Shown here: in pieces, positions 48,373-58,367 of the stretch
How positions within the stretch are numbered: position 1 is the stretch's first letter
Layout: the number at the start of each line of letters is the position of its first letter
From: Pseudomonadota bacterium
Lineage (GTDB): Bacteria > Pseudomonadota > Gammaproteobacteria > Burkholderiales > Burkholderiaceae_C
Length of the DNA: 64,000 nucleotides
Assembly: GCA_041169165.1 (NCBI GenBank)
Contig: JBEEJN010000018.1
Span: 18,736 to 82,735 of the forward strand
Direction: 5' to 3'
Notes under the pieces: generated by a model
Databases searched by the model: none
Told to the model about the DNA's origin: nothing
What the model saw: only the letters and a program-made list of their open reading frames with translations
Position numbers and translations under genes: made by a program

Positions 48373-49316
48373 CCCTGAACTCAAGCACGAACCTATCCTC
48401 CGGGCGCGGCTTTGCCGGCATCTGGCCCGCCCTGCTCTCGCCGCTGGACGCCCGGGGCGCGGTCGACGGCGCACATTTCGCCGCCCATGCCGCCGGTTTG
48501 CTGGCAGCGGGCTGCGGTGGCGTCACGCCCTTCGGCACCACCGGCGAGTTCGCCAGCTTCAGCGTGGCCGAGCGCCGTGCCGGTGTCGAGGCGCTGCTGG
48601 CCGGCGGGGTGCCGGCTGACCGGGTGATCGTCTCGACCAGCGCCGCCGCCCTGCCCGATGTGATCGAACTGACCCGCCATGCGCTGGACATCGGCGCCCA
48701 CGGCGTGCTGATGCTGCCGCCCTTCTATTTCAAGGGCCTCACCGATGCCGGCGTGCTGGCCTGCTTCCGTCAGGTGATCGATGCCCTGGGCGCCGACGCC
48801 GCCCGCCTCAAGCTTTACCTCTACCACATCCCCCAGCTCAGCACGGTAGGCCTGTCGCACGACGTGATCCGCCAGCTGCTGGCCGACTGCCCCGGCATCG
48901 TCGCCGGCATCAAGGACAGCGAATGCCGGCTGGAGCATTCGCTCGGCCTGGCCCAGGCCTTCATGCCGGGCCTGGACGTCTACGTGGGCAACGAGCTGGA
49001 CCTGCGCAGCCTGGGCCGCCTGGGCAGCCGCGGCGCCATCAGCGGCCTGGCCAACTTCATGCCGCGCAGCGTGCACCGCCTGGTCACCGACCCCGACGGC
49101 GCCGGTGTGCAGGCCCTGCATGACCGCGCCGCCGAACTGCTGCGCCGCTGCGCGCCCTACGCGCTCATCCCGGCACTGCGCGGCATCCAGGCCGCCGTGA
49201 GCGGTGATGCCGGCTGGTTGCGCACCCGTGCGCCGCTGATGGCCCTGGACGCGGCTGGCGCGGCCGCCATGGCCGCACTCGTGAACGATCTGGGCATCGA
49301 CGCGGCACGCGACTGA
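48369..49316 (+). CDS. Dihydrodipicolinate synthase family aldolase/dehydratase
   Basis: GTGA overlap; GTTGE, LYHIPQ, GIKDS Schiff-base Lys. Confidence 0.88.
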   Translation: MTLNSSTNLSSGRGFAGIWPALLSPLDARGAVDGAHFAAHAAGLLAAGCGGVTPFGTTGEFASFSVAERRAGVEALLAGGVPADRVIVSTSAAALPDVIELTRHALDIGAHGVLMLPPFYFKGLTDAGVLACFRQVIDALGADAARLKLYLYHIPQLSTVGLSHDVIRQLLADCPGIVAGIKDSECRLEHSLGLAQAFMPGLDVYVGNELDLRSLGRLGSRGAISGLANFMPRSVHRLVTDPDGAGVQALHDRAAELLRRCAPYALIPALRGIQAAVSGDAGWLRTRAPLMALDAAGAAAMAALVNDLGIDAARD

Positions 49317-49405
49317 CACCGCCGCCCGGACACCCCCTGCCGAACACCCCCGCCCAGACCCACCACGCCCGATACGCACTTTTGCATCCTGACGAGGAGA
49401 CCCCC

Positions 49406-50422
49406 GTGAATCCCATCCTGCCCCGCCGTGGCCTGCTGAGTCTGGCCCTGTCCACCCTGGCCGCCTTCGCCGGTTTTGCCGCGCTGCCCGCCGCACATGC
49501 CCAGAGCAAGGTCTTGCTGCGCATCTCCACCCCCGCGGTGCCCGAAGACTGGCACGGCAAGATGTGGACGGTCTTCAAGGAGACGCTGGACAAGAGCGCG
49601 CCGGGCGAGTTCGACGTACAGATCAACCTCAACGCCACGCTGTTCAAACAGGGCACCGAGCCGGCGGCGATGGCGCGCGGCAACCTCGAGCTGTCGGCCG
49701 TGTCGGCCTTCGACATTGCCAAGCAGGTGCCCGAGTTCAGCATCTTCACCGCCGGCTACGTCATCCGCGACCCGGCGCATCAGCAGAAGGTCTTCGCCGG
49801 CCCGATCGGCCAGGAGATGTTCAAGCTGGCCACCGACAAGATGGACCTGACCCTGCTCACGCCCATCTACCTAGGCACGCGCCAGGTGAACCTGCGCGAG
49901 GTGCACAAGGTCAGCACCCCCGCCGACCTCAAGGGCGTGAAGCTGCGCATGCCGGGCAGCAAGGAATGGCTCTTCCTCGGTGAAGCCTTGGGCGCCACCG
50001 CCACGCCACTGGCCTTCGGTGAGGTCTACATGGGCCTGAAGACCGGCACCATCGACGGCCAGGACAACCCCCTGCCCACGGTGCGCGCGGCCAAGTTCTA
50101 CGAGGTCACCAAGCAGCTGGTGCTGACCAACCACCTGGTCGACGGCATCTTCATCGCCATCTCGGACAAGGCCTGGAAGGCCATGAGCCCGGCCCAGCAG
50201 CAGAAGGTGCAGGCGGCGGCCCAGGCGGCGGCGGCCTTCAACAACAAGGGCCGGCTGGAGGAAGAGGCGCAGATCGTCGACTTCTTCAAGGCCCAGGGCC
50301 TGACGGTGACTACGCCCGACGTGGAAGCCTTCCGCAAGCAGGTGCAGGCCGCCTACGCCAGCAGCGACATCGCCAAGGCCTGGCCCAAGGGCCTGCTGGA
50401 ACGCATCAACGCGGTGAAATAA
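49406..50422 (+). CDS. dctP: TRAP transporter substrate-binding protein
   Basis: Tat-like PRRGLL signal; DLKGVKLRMP, GEVYMGLKTGTIDGQDNP. Confidence 0.93.
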   Translation: MNPILPRRGLLSLALSTLAAFAGFAALPAAHAQSKVLLRISTPAVPEDWHGKMWTVFKETLDKSAPGEFDVQINLNATLFKQGTEPAAMARGNLELSAVSAFDIAKQVPEFSIFTAGYVIRDPAHQQKVFAGPIGQEMFKLATDKMDLTLLTPIYLGTRQVNLREVHKVSTPADLKGVKLRMPGSKEWLFLGEALGATATPLAFGEVYMGLKTGTIDGQDNPLPTVRAAKFYEVTKQLVLTNHLVDGIFIAISDKAWKAMSPAQQQKVQAAAQAAAAFNNKGRLEEEAQIVDFFKAQGLTVTTPDVEAFRKQVQAAYASSDIAKAWPKGLLERINAVK

Positions 50423-50428
50423 GGCGCC

Positions 50429-50914
50429 ATGCTTTCCCGCCTGAAGCAGGCCGCCGACGCCCTGGGGGCGGCCCTCTTCGCGCTGCTCTTCCTCGTCTTC
50501 ATGGTCCAGATCGTGGCGCGCTTCGGCTTCAACCGGCCGCTGCCCTGGACCGACGAGGCGGCGGTCTGCCTCTACGTCTGGGTCATCCTCTGGGCCAGTG
50601 CGGCCATCGTGCCCGAGCGTGAACACGTCATGTTCGACCTGGTGTGGAACGGCGTGGGCCGGCGCGCGCGCCAGGTGATGCGCATCACCGCCCACCTCAT
50701 GCTCGGTGGCCTGGCTGCCTGGGCCCTGCCGGGCTGCTGGGACTATGTGCACTTCATGCAGCGCGAGGGGACGCCCGTGCTCGGCATCCCGTTCATGTGG
50801 ATCTTCCTGCCCTTCGTGGCGCTGCTGATCGCGCTGGTGATCCGCAGTGTTCGTGCCATCTGGCGCGCCGCGCAGGGGCTCGATCTGGAAGACGCTGGAG
50901 TGCCTTCAACGTGA
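50429..50914 (+). CDS. dctQ: TRAP transporter small permease
   Basis: QIVARF...PWTDEAA, REHV.FD; four TM helices. Confidence 0.9.
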   Translation: MLSRLKQAADALGAALFALLFLVFMVQIVARFGFNRPLPWTDEAAVCLYVWVILWASAAIVPEREHVMFDLVWNGVGRRARQVMRITAHLMLGGLAAWALPGCWDYVHFMQREGTPVLGIPFMWIFLPFVALLIALVIRSVRAIWRAAQGLDLEDAGVPST

Positions 50915-50936
50915 AACCACCATCAACGAAGCGGAC

Positions 50937-51064
50937 GCGGGCCGAGCGCCGGGCCTCTCCCAAGCCGGCCCGCATCCCCTCGGGGGATCGGCCGATGTAC
51001 GCATCGGACGCGGGGCAAGTGATCCCCTCGGGGGATCGGCCGACGTACCCGTCGGACGAGGGGC
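50937..51064. repeat. REP-like intergenic element: hairpin plus two 43-bp direct repeats
   Basis: ATCCCCTCGGGGGATCGGCCGAyGTACsCrTCGGACGmGGGGC at 50974-51016 and 51022-51064, each with an ATCCCC-tcg-GGGGAT hairpin; 8-bp stem at 50937-44/50966-73. Confidence 0.85.
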
Positions 51065-51068
51065 TCAC

Positions 51069-52364
51069 ATGACGGCTTTGTGGCTGCTCGGCGGCGTGCT
51101 GCTGGCCGGCCTGCTGATGCGCCTGCCGATCGGCTTTGCCATGATCGCCGCGGGCATCGCCTACCTCACCGCCAAGGGCCAGGACATCGGCCTCGTCGCC
51201 GAGCAGATCTGCAACGGCCTGTACAACAGCTATGTGCTGCTGGCCGTGCCGATGTTCGTGCTGGCCGCCAACATCATGAATGCGGGCACGGTGAGTGAAC
51301 GCATCTTCGACTTCTGCCGCATCCTGGTGGGCCGTTTGCGCGGCGGCCTGGCGCAGGTGGACATCCTCGTCAGCGTGATCTTCTCGGGCATGAGCGGCAG
51401 CGCCATCGCCGATGCCGCAGGCCCCGGCCTGGTGACGATCCGCCAGATGCTCAAGAAGCCCGAATATTCACCCGGCTTCGCGGGTGCGGTGGTGGTGGCC
51501 AGCGCCACGCTCGGGCCGGTCATCCCGCCCTCGATCCCGATGGTGATCTACGGCCTGGTCTCGGGCGCCTCGGTGGGCGCGCTCTTTCTGGGTGGTGTGG
51601 TGCCCGGGGTGCTCATGGCACTGCTGATGATGGCGGTGGTGCAGGTCATCGCGGTCAAGCGCAACATGCCGCGCGAAGACCCGGTGCCGCTGCGCGAGTG
51701 GCCGCAGGTGCTGTTCCGCGGCGCGCTGCCGCTGTCCATGCCCATCGTGCTGCTGGGCGGCATCTACTCGGGCGCCTTCACGCCCACCGAGGCCGCGGCC
51801 GTGGCGGCCGCGCATGCGCTGCTGCTGGCGGTGGTGGTCTACCGCGCGCTCAACCCGCGCCAGCTCTTCGGCGTGGTGCTGGAGTCCACACGCGCCTCGG
51901 CCGTCATCACCCTCATCCTGGCCGGCAGCTTCATGCTGAACTACGCCTTCACCGCCGAAGGGGTGCCGCAGATGGTGGCGCAGTGGGTGGACGCGCAGCA
52001 CCTGGGTCGCGTGCCCTTCCTGCTGCTGGTGAACCTGCTCTTCCTGGTGCTGGGCTGCTTCCTGGACGTGTCGGTGCTGCTGCTGGTCTTCGTGCCCATG
52101 CTGCTGCCGGCGGTCAAGGCCCTGGGCATCGACCTGGTGCACTTCGGCGTGCTGGTGGTGCTGAACATGATGATCGGCCTCATCCACCCGCCCTTCGGCA
52201 TGCTGCTCTTCGTCACCAAGGCGCTCACCGGCATCCCCATCGGCGCCATGATGAAGGAGGGCTGGCTCTTCCTCCTCATGCTGCTCGCGCTGCTGCTGGC
52301 CATGACCCTGGTGCCCGAGATCGTGCTCTGGCTGCCGCAGCGCGTGGGCTACGGCGCTCATTGA
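51069..52364 (+). CDS. dctM: TRAP transporter large permease
   Basis: FSGMSGSAIAD, IPPSIPM, FTPTEAA, IGLIHPPFG. Confidence 0.93.
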   Translation: MTALWLLGGVLLAGLLMRLPIGFAMIAAGIAYLTAKGQDIGLVAEQICNGLYNSYVLLAVPMFVLAANIMNAGTVSERIFDFCRILVGRLRGGLAQVDILVSVIFSGMSGSAIADAAGPGLVTIRQMLKKPEYSPGFAGAVVVASATLGPVIPPSIPMVIYGLVSGASVGALFLGGVVPGVLMALLMMAVVQVIAVKRNMPREDPVPLREWPQVLFRGALPLSMPIVLLGGIYSGAFTPTEAAAVAAAHALLLAVVVYRALNPRQLFGVVLESTRASAVITLILAGSFMLNYAFTAEGVPQMVAQWVDAQHLGRVPFLLLVNLLFLVLGCFLDVSVLLLVFVPMLLPAVKALGIDLVHFGVLVVLNMMIGLIHPPFGMLLFVTKALTGIPIGAMMKEGWLFLLMLLALLLAMTLVPEIVLWLPQRVGYGAH

Positions 52365-52375
52365 GGAAACCTGCG

Positions 52376-53344
52376 ATGCCCATCCGCCCCGAAGCCACGA
52401 CGCCCGAGGTGGTCTGCCTCGCCAGCTGGAACGCCGACCTCATCAGCCAGGTGCCCCGCCCGCCCCAGCGCGGCGAGACGCTCATGGCCAGCAACTTCAC
52501 CATCGGCCCCGGCGGCAAGGGTAGCAATGCCGCGGTGGCCTGCGCGCGCCAGGGCGCGCGCGTGGCCGTGCTGGCGCGCATCGGCGCCGACGACTTCGGC
52601 CGCATGGCGCTGGCGCTGTGGGCGCGCGAAGGCATCGACGCCAGCGCGGTCGAGGTAGTCGAGGGCGAGGCCAGCGGCGTGGCGCAGATCTGGGTCTACC
52701 CCGACGGCGACAACAGCATCGCCGTCGCGCCCGGCGCAGGTGCCGGCCTGGGCCCGCGCCATGCCGATGCCGCCGCCGCCACGCTGCGTCAGGCCCGCGT
52801 GGTGATGGCGCCTTGCGAAGTGCCGATCGAAGCCACGCAGCAGGCCTTCCGCATCGCCCGTGCGGCAGGGGTGACGACGCTGCTCAACCCTGCGCCCGCG
52901 CGCCCGCTGCCCGACGAGTTGCTCGCCTGCTGCGACCTGCTCACGCCCAACGAGACCGAGCTCTCCGCCATCGCCGGCCTGCCGGCCAGTGACGCGAACG
53001 CCGACGCGATGCAAGCCGCCGCCGAGCGCGTGCGCGCCGCCCGGGCGCTGCAGGCGCGTGGCGTCGGCACGGTCATCGTCACGCTCGGCAGCGCGGGCTG
53101 CGAAGTGCACCGGCCAGGTCAGTCCGTCCAGGCGCTGCCCGGCCATCGCATGGCGGTGGTCGACACCATCGGCGCGGGCGACACCTTCACCGGCGCCCTG
53201 GCCGCCGCGCTCGCTCGCGGCCAGGCGCTCGACACCGCGCTGGCCTGGGCCAATGCGGCCGCGGCTTTGTCGGTGACAGGCGCAGGCGCTATCGGTGCCA
53301 TGCCGACGCACAAGGCGGTGGCGGATTGGATGGCTCGGGGCTGA
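52376..53344 (+). CDS. PfkB/ribokinase family carbohydrate kinase
   Basis: GGKGSNAAVA, LNPAPA, TPNETE, VDTIGAGDTF. Confidence 0.9.
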   Translation: MPIRPEATTPEVVCLASWNADLISQVPRPPQRGETLMASNFTIGPGGKGSNAAVACARQGARVAVLARIGADDFGRMALALWAREGIDASAVEVVEGEASGVAQIWVYPDGDNSIAVAPGAGAGLGPRHADAAAATLRQARVVMAPCEVPIEATQQAFRIARAAGVTTLLNPAPARPLPDELLACCDLLTPNETELSAIAGLPASDANADAMQAAAERVRAARALQARGVGTVIVTLGSAGCEVHRPGQSVQALPGHRMAVVDTIGAGDTFTGALAAALARGQALDTALAWANAAAALSVTGAGAIGAMPTHKAVADWMARG

Positions 53345-53351
53345 CACCCTG

Positions 53352-54620
53352 GTGAAGGGCGTCATCCTGGCGCTCTGGTTCGTCTCGCTCTTCACCGGCG
53401 CGCCCATCGTCCTGACCATGGCGCTGGCCGGGGCGGGCTTCGTCGCCGTCACCGGCATCAACCCGGTCGTCATCGCGCAGAAGCTGGCCAAGGCCGGCGA
53501 CAGCTTCCCGCTGCTGGCCGCGCCCATGACCATCCTCATGGGCAGCCTGATGAACTCCTCGGGCGTCACGGTGCGCATCTTCCGCTTCGCCAGTGTGTGC
53601 GTGGGCTGGTGGAAGGGCGGGCTCTGCCACGCCAACATCCTGGGCAGTGTCATCTTCGCGGGCATGAGCGGCTCGGCCGTGGCCGACGCCGGCGGCATCG
53701 GCATCATCGAGATCAAGGCCATGCGCGACGCCGGCTACGACGGCGAGACCGCGGCTGCCATCACCGCCGCCTCAGCCACCATCGGCCCCATCATCCCGCC
53801 CTCGCTGCCCATGATCATCTACGGCGTGGCGGCCGAGACCTCGATCGGCGGCCTCTTCCTCGGCGGCGTCGTGCTCGGCCTGCTGATGGCCATCGCGCTC
53901 ATGGTCATGGTCCGCGCCATCGCCATCCGCCGCAACCTGCCCAAGATCCCCTTCCCCAGCGCGGCCGAAGTCTGGGCCGCCTTCAAGGGCGCCTTCTGGG
54001 CGCTCATGTGGCCGGTGGTGCTCTTCGGCGGCATGATGACCGGCGTCTTCACCCCCACCGAATCGGCCGCCGTGGCCGCGCTCCACGCGCTGGCCGTGGG
54101 CGTGGCCGAAGGCGACTTCCGCTGGCGCGACGTGCCGCGCCTGGTGGTCGACACCGTCGAGACCACCGGCGTGATGATGGCCCTGGTCATGAGCGCCGCC
54201 CTGCTGGGCTACGCCCTCAGCATCTCGCGCCTGCCGCAGAGCCTGGGCGCCTGGCTCACCAGCACCGTCACCTCACCCATCGCCAACCTGCTGCTCGTCA
54301 ACCTGGTGCTGCTGGTGGTGGGCTGCTTCATGGAGGCCATCGCCGCCATGCTGATCCTCATCCCCATCCTCGTGCCCCCGGCCATGGCCCTGGGCATCGA
54401 CGCCATCCAGTTCGGCGTGGTGGTGGTGCTCAACCTCATGATCGGCACCATCACCCCACCCGTCGGCATCGTCCTCTTCGTCACCGCCCGCGTCGCCAAC
54501 CTCAGCTTCGACGCCGTCTGCCGCGCCACGCTGCCCTTCCTCTGGCCGCTGCTGGCGGCGATCACCTTCGTGCCGGTGCTGACGACGGGGTTTCCACAAC
54601 TAGTGGCCAGCAGAATTTAA
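53352..54620 (+). CDS. dctM: Second TRAP large permease (DctM-like) without its own DctP/DctQ; 3' end runs into low-GC DNA
   Basis: FAGMSGSAVAD, IPPSLPM, FTPTESA, IGTITPPVG; start uncertain with a weak RBS; last ~10 codons are AT-rich. Confidence 0.8.
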   Translation: MKGVILALWFVSLFTGAPIVLTMALAGAGFVAVTGINPVVIAQKLAKAGDSFPLLAAPMTILMGSLMNSSGVTVRIFRFASVCVGWWKGGLCHANILGSVIFAGMSGSAVADAGGIGIIEIKAMRDAGYDGETAAAITAASATIGPIIPPSLPMIIYGVAAETSIGGLFLGGVVLGLLMAIALMVMVRAIAIRRNLPKIPFPSAAEVWAAFKGAFWALMWPVVLFGGMMTGVFTPTESAAVAALHALAVGVAEGDFRWRDVPRLVVDTVETTGVMMALVMSAALLGYALSISRLPQSLGAWLTSTVTSPIANLLLVNLVLLVVGCFMEAIAAMLILIPILVPPAMALGIDAIQFGVVVVLNLMIGTITPPVGIVLFVTARVANLSFDAVCRATLPFLWPLLAAITFVPVLTTGFPQLVASRI

Positions 54621-54638
54621 GTTGGTCAGTTGAAAGCC

Positions 54639-54845
54639 TTAAGGCGGAGCATTGAAAGGGTTTGCAGCCCTTAACATCAACTCGGCAATACGCACAGCCT
54701 TGGTTGCAACTCGGCCAGTTGATTCCATCGGGCTAACGCAATACTCCACTGCTGTTTCGCAACGAGCCTTGCTGAGACACAGGCCCTGAAACGCTGGCTG
54801 AAATGTGCTGCGCTGGCTTTGCAATTGGTTTATCGCCACGCTCAC
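54639..54845 (-). CDS. Small Cys-containing hypothetical ORF (doubtful)
   Basis: 68-codon ORF co-oriented with the island genes, GGAG near the start; no recognisable family. Confidence 0.25.
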   Translation of the reverse strand: MSVAINQLQSQRSTFQPAFQGLCLSKARCETAVEYCVSPMESTGRVATKAVRIAELMLRAANPFNAPP

Positions 54846-54977
54846 TCTCCAAACGCTACTGGAGCAGATAAGTGGAGGCCCTCGTAGAATTATTCCACAA
54901 GCCTAGCTAGTGGTTCGCGTTAACCGTCATCATATTCGCCGAATACACGCAATTCATTTAACGCAGGCGGGCAGTCG

Positions 54978-56843
54978 CTATCGCAAACACTTATTTGAGT
55001 CAAAGGCCTGTTCGCACCGAAGTCGCAATTGCGCGCAACGACGATCACGCTGCAGTTCAGATTCCAGTCCCTCCGGCTGACCTTGGCACAACTCCTGTAC
55101 TTGCGCGCAGTTGTCGCAATGTGGTGCATATCCAATCTGGCTCTCAACTCGATGCACCTTAGCGAAGTTCACACCTAGGCCTGTGGATTGCCTGCTCTCC
55201 GGTGGTGGAACTACGGATGCCCAAGCCAAATACGCAGTATCATTCAAGCATGCAATGGAATTGTAGTCGCCATAGTTTCCGCTCCCTCGATTTTTTTGAG
55301 GAGCCGAACAATGCAGCATGCTCCCGCAGTCGCGTTGCTTCTTGCGCGCATCCTCATTGATACTGAAGCGGCACCTGTTTGTGTTATTTGTAGGTATGCA
55401 CTCATTATGGTCCTCACTTGGGCATATGGTTGGCAAGCAATAACCAGACATCGGATCATTGCCACATGCATCTGATTCCAGTTGGCGTATTCCAGTCGGA
55501 AATCCGCTGTCACATGGATAATCTGTTAGGCCGGAGACGGAGAGATTTTGAACTTCTGATGACGCTACATAATACTCTGTCGCATCAACACGGCCGTTCC
55601 GTGATGCACGCCGATCATACCAGCCAACAAATGCATGCCCACTCCCACCACAAACCCAAGGAAGATACTTGTGACCATCCTGAGATGAACTCACAGTCTG
55701 GACTCGTGTGGTAGGTGAATGATTCCAAGGATAGTCGCGCCCAGGGATTCGTCCAATGTTCTGCCAATTAGTGAGTGTTAATAGTTTGACCTCATGCTTC
55801 CCCCGGGTAATCTCTGTCGCATACGCAATATAGACTGTGTTTGAAAGTGTCGTGTCAATAGATACGGAAGGACTGGAAAGTGTATTTCCGCTGTTGCAGC
55901 GATCAAGGCCTGCGACCGTATTATTAACGTCACAGTAGACGCCTTTAATATTTCCAACGGAGAGAGGCCTCGACTTGTGGTTTATCGCCCATGTAGGGCG
56001 TAAACCATCACTGCATTGAGAGAACCTCTGAAGGCGAATGTTCGAGTCAGTCTTCGCGCTCGCGGCTACAACATATACAAATCCGTCAGGTCCAACTGCA
56101 ATCCGAGGAAAATCACTGCGACGATCCTTCGGTTCTTGATGTTCATCAAGTGGCTTTGTGTTTTTCCAAGTGACTCCTCCGTCCACGCTACAGGAAATAT
56201 ATCCGTGCCAATGCGTATGTGCGGTCCGCTTATTTCGCCAAACAATATACAGCTGATCCTGGCCGCGTCTCCGGTCACCGGAGATATGGGGTTGGTCTGT
56301 GTCGCAGTTGCTTAGCCCAAAACACTTTGCGGCAGGTTGGCACAGCGTCGGATTATGTAATCCACACTCGGGATATGAAAACGTTTCCCCGGCGTCGGTC
56401 GAAACTGCAACTCTCGCGTTTTTGCTCCCCATAGTCGCAAAGTAGAATTTGCCCACTCCGGTCCAAGTTACAGTCGGATCTCTGGCTTCCTTCATTTCGA
56501 CCGGTAATTTTGCTGAAGAAAATGCCTCTCCAGCATCTCTAGAGTACCAGACTGTCGGACGTCCACTGACAGTGCGATCCTGTCCTCGACCGTTTACTGC
56601 TAGTACTATCTCGTTACCGGTTTCGGATACCCCGAGTTCAATTTCGCCGGGGCCTGGAATAATTCGTTTTCTGGAAGAAATCCCCAACTCCGCACCGTTG
56701 CAGGCATCACTTAAGAGCAGTAGCGCTGTGAGCGTTACTGCCAACCTGGCACAGGCAGTAATACTCCGACGCACATTGACTATGCCGACTCGACTTTCGC
56801 CGAATAAATTGCGCTGGCTGGATTGGGTAATATTGCAACTCAT
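54978..56843 (-). CDS. Secreted BNR/Asp-box beta-propeller protein (sialidase-like fold) with Cys-rich C-terminus
   Basis: Asp-boxes SRDAGEAF, STDAGETF, SVDGGVTW; hydrophobic signal LAVTLTALLLL; many Cys; start uncertain. Confidence 0.75.
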   Translation of the reverse strand: MSCNITQSSQRNLFGESRVGIVNVRRSITACARLAVTLTALLLLSDACNGAELGISSRKRIIPGPGEIELGVSETGNEIVLAVNGRGQDRTVSGRPTVWYSRDAGEAFSSAKLPVEMKEARDPTVTWTGVGKFYFATMGSKNARVAVSTDAGETFSYPECGLHNPTLCQPAAKCFGLSNCDTDQPHISGDRRRGQDQLYIVWRNKRTAHTHWHGYISCSVDGGVTWKNTKPLDEHQEPKDRRSDFPRIAVGPDGFVYVVAASAKTDSNIRLQRFSQCSDGLRPTWAINHKSRPLSVGNIKGVYCDVNNTVAGLDRCNSGNTLSSPSVSIDTTLSNTVYIAYATEITRGKHEVKLLTLTNWQNIGRIPGRDYPWNHSPTTRVQTVSSSQDGHKYLPWVCGGSGHAFVGWYDRRASRNGRVDATEYYVASSEVQNLSVSGLTDYPCDSGFPTGIRQLESDACGNDPMSGYCLPTICPSEDHNECIPTNNTNRCRFSINEDARKKQRDCGSMLHCSAPQKNRGSGNYGDYNSIACLNDTAYLAWASVVPPPESRQSTGLGVNFAKVHRVESQIGYAPHCDNCAQVQELCQGQPEGLESELQRDRRCAQLRLRCEQAFDSNKCLR

Positions 56844-56999
56844 GACCGGATGTTCGATAACGTGGTAACTGAATTCCTTAACTCTGCAGCTGTACGGCCC
56901 CCGCACGCCAATGACTGATCAGCTATCGCTGCCCTTTGCGACGAAACTACATTTAGCCTTAGAAGAGTCCACCTCCGTTACAGTATGCACCGTTTCCTC

Positions 57000-57479
57000 T
57001 CACCGAACAGGCACACCAGTGCTGCATGGCGTTGCATTAACCGTCGCTACAAAACTGTCCATTTTCAAACTTGTCGCGACCTGGAATATGTTTCCAGGAC
57101 CTGCCTGGTTATCCCATAATTCCCCTCTGACAGTGATAGTGCTTGGGATATTCGTGCCGAAGCGCCTACGCAGATCAATCGATGCTTCGCCACTCCAGTT
57201 CCCTGTATTTTCCAGTGTTGGTATATTATAACCAAAGCCTAAGCCGCTAACTTGTTCGTCGCTAACAAGCAATCGCACTTCTTGCGTGTGTGATGAGTTG
57301 GCGCTGAACGAAACAAAAACAATGGGAGTGCCGATATTTGTGCAGATATTCGCTGGTTTCACTGACGTGTTTGTGAAATTTCCTGTATGCCGACTGTTGG
57401 CCGTTGGGGAGGTTTGAGAGCCCATGGCCGCGGCCAATGCGGCGCTGGCAACGACTGCCCGTGCTATTTGCAGATTCAT
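57000..57479 (-). CDS. Secreted hypothetical protein (beta-rich)
   Basis: Signal-like MNLQIARAVVASAALAAA; 159 aa; two Cys. Confidence 0.65.
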   Translation of the reverse strand: MNLQIARAVVASAALAAAMGSQTSPTANSRHTGNFTNTSVKPANICTNIGTPIVFVSFSANSSHTQEVRLLVSDEQVSGLGFGYNIPTLENTGNWSGEASIDLRRRFGTNIPSTITVRGELWDNQAGPGNIFQVATSLKMDSFVATVNATPCSTGVPVR

Positions 57480-57498
57480 ATTCCAATCCCATTTGATG

Positions 57499-57912
57499 TT
57501 AACTGAGATTAATATTTGGTGTCGTGGTTGTAGGGTTTTCAAATCCTGATAGACCAAACAACAAAAGCCAACCGGCCCATGCTGAAGCTACATCATCATA
57601 AGACCCACTTACGCCGAAGTTAAAAACCCCCAATGGATTTAACTCCCAAGCCGTATTAAATAGAGCAAGCCAAAGTGCCCAAACTTTCACGGAGCTCCGA
57701 GGGCTCTGTGCTAAAGCCGCCCCAAGACAAGAGAATGCGATTACATGCAAGAAGGTCGGGAGCCAAAGTGCGCGGTTTTCACATTGACTCCACGTATTGG
57801 CTGTGATGAAAGGGAATGCAATCGGTAACTTGGTCCGGCAAAATATATAATATGCCGCACCTAATCCGCAAGAACCAAGAAAAACTATTACTAGAGCGAA
57901 GCGAAGAAACAT
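57499..57912 (-). CDS. Hypothetical membrane protein (loosely VanZ-like)
   Basis: Three to four hydrophobic segments; LPTFLHVIAF, WEL and YDDVASAWAG pattern. Confidence 0.6.
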   Translation of the reverse strand: MFLRFALVIVFLGSCGLGAAYYIFCRTKLPIAFPFITANTWSQCENRALWLPTFLHVIAFSCLGAALAQSPRSSVKVWALWLALFNTAWELNPLGVFNFGVSGSYDDVASAWAGWLLLFGLSGFENPTTTTPNINLS

Positions 57913-58367
57913 TGTAAGTGCAGTATTTTAATTGCTTTTTCTGTTTCGTAAAAACAGTAATGTCCTGCCAAGTCAGTAATTTTCGACAACTTGCGAGTTG
58001 TACTTTGTCAATATCCAGTGATTTTGTTTGGCGCCGACTTCATTGATGCGAACATGTATAGTATCTGCTTCCGTCTGAATTTTCGCAATTTTGGGCAAAA
58101 TTTGCTTCGGCGTTGCTTGATTTGGTTGCAAGCCTGACGTACCACTCTACTCAAAGTTGCATTTCTGGAGACTAGGGCAAACCAGTAGTTTCGCTGATTC
58201 AATGCTTCTCAGAAAAGGCACTTCGTCGGCCCCTAAAATGGAGTGCAACTCTGCCACTGCAATCAACAGCTTGAGCGTGAATTGCCCTGCGACGCCAGCG
58301 GAAAAGACGCTATGGCCGTGCGCGAGGTAAGCGGTGTTAAGCCGCGGTTATCACCTTGGAGATCGGT

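Noticed and set aside
54978-56843. Calling the Asp-box protein a true sialidase
   Set aside because: Asp-boxes occur in many propeller proteins, and I could not identify the canonical RIP motif or arginine triad.
58008-58202. 64-aa minus-strand ORF in the AT-rich island promoter region
   Set aside because: Short, no recognisable motif, and located in the likely divergent promoter region.
54620-58360. Integron cassette array explanation for the low-GC island
   Set aside because: I found no convincing RYYYAAC...GTTRRRY attC structures after the gene stops and no intI.
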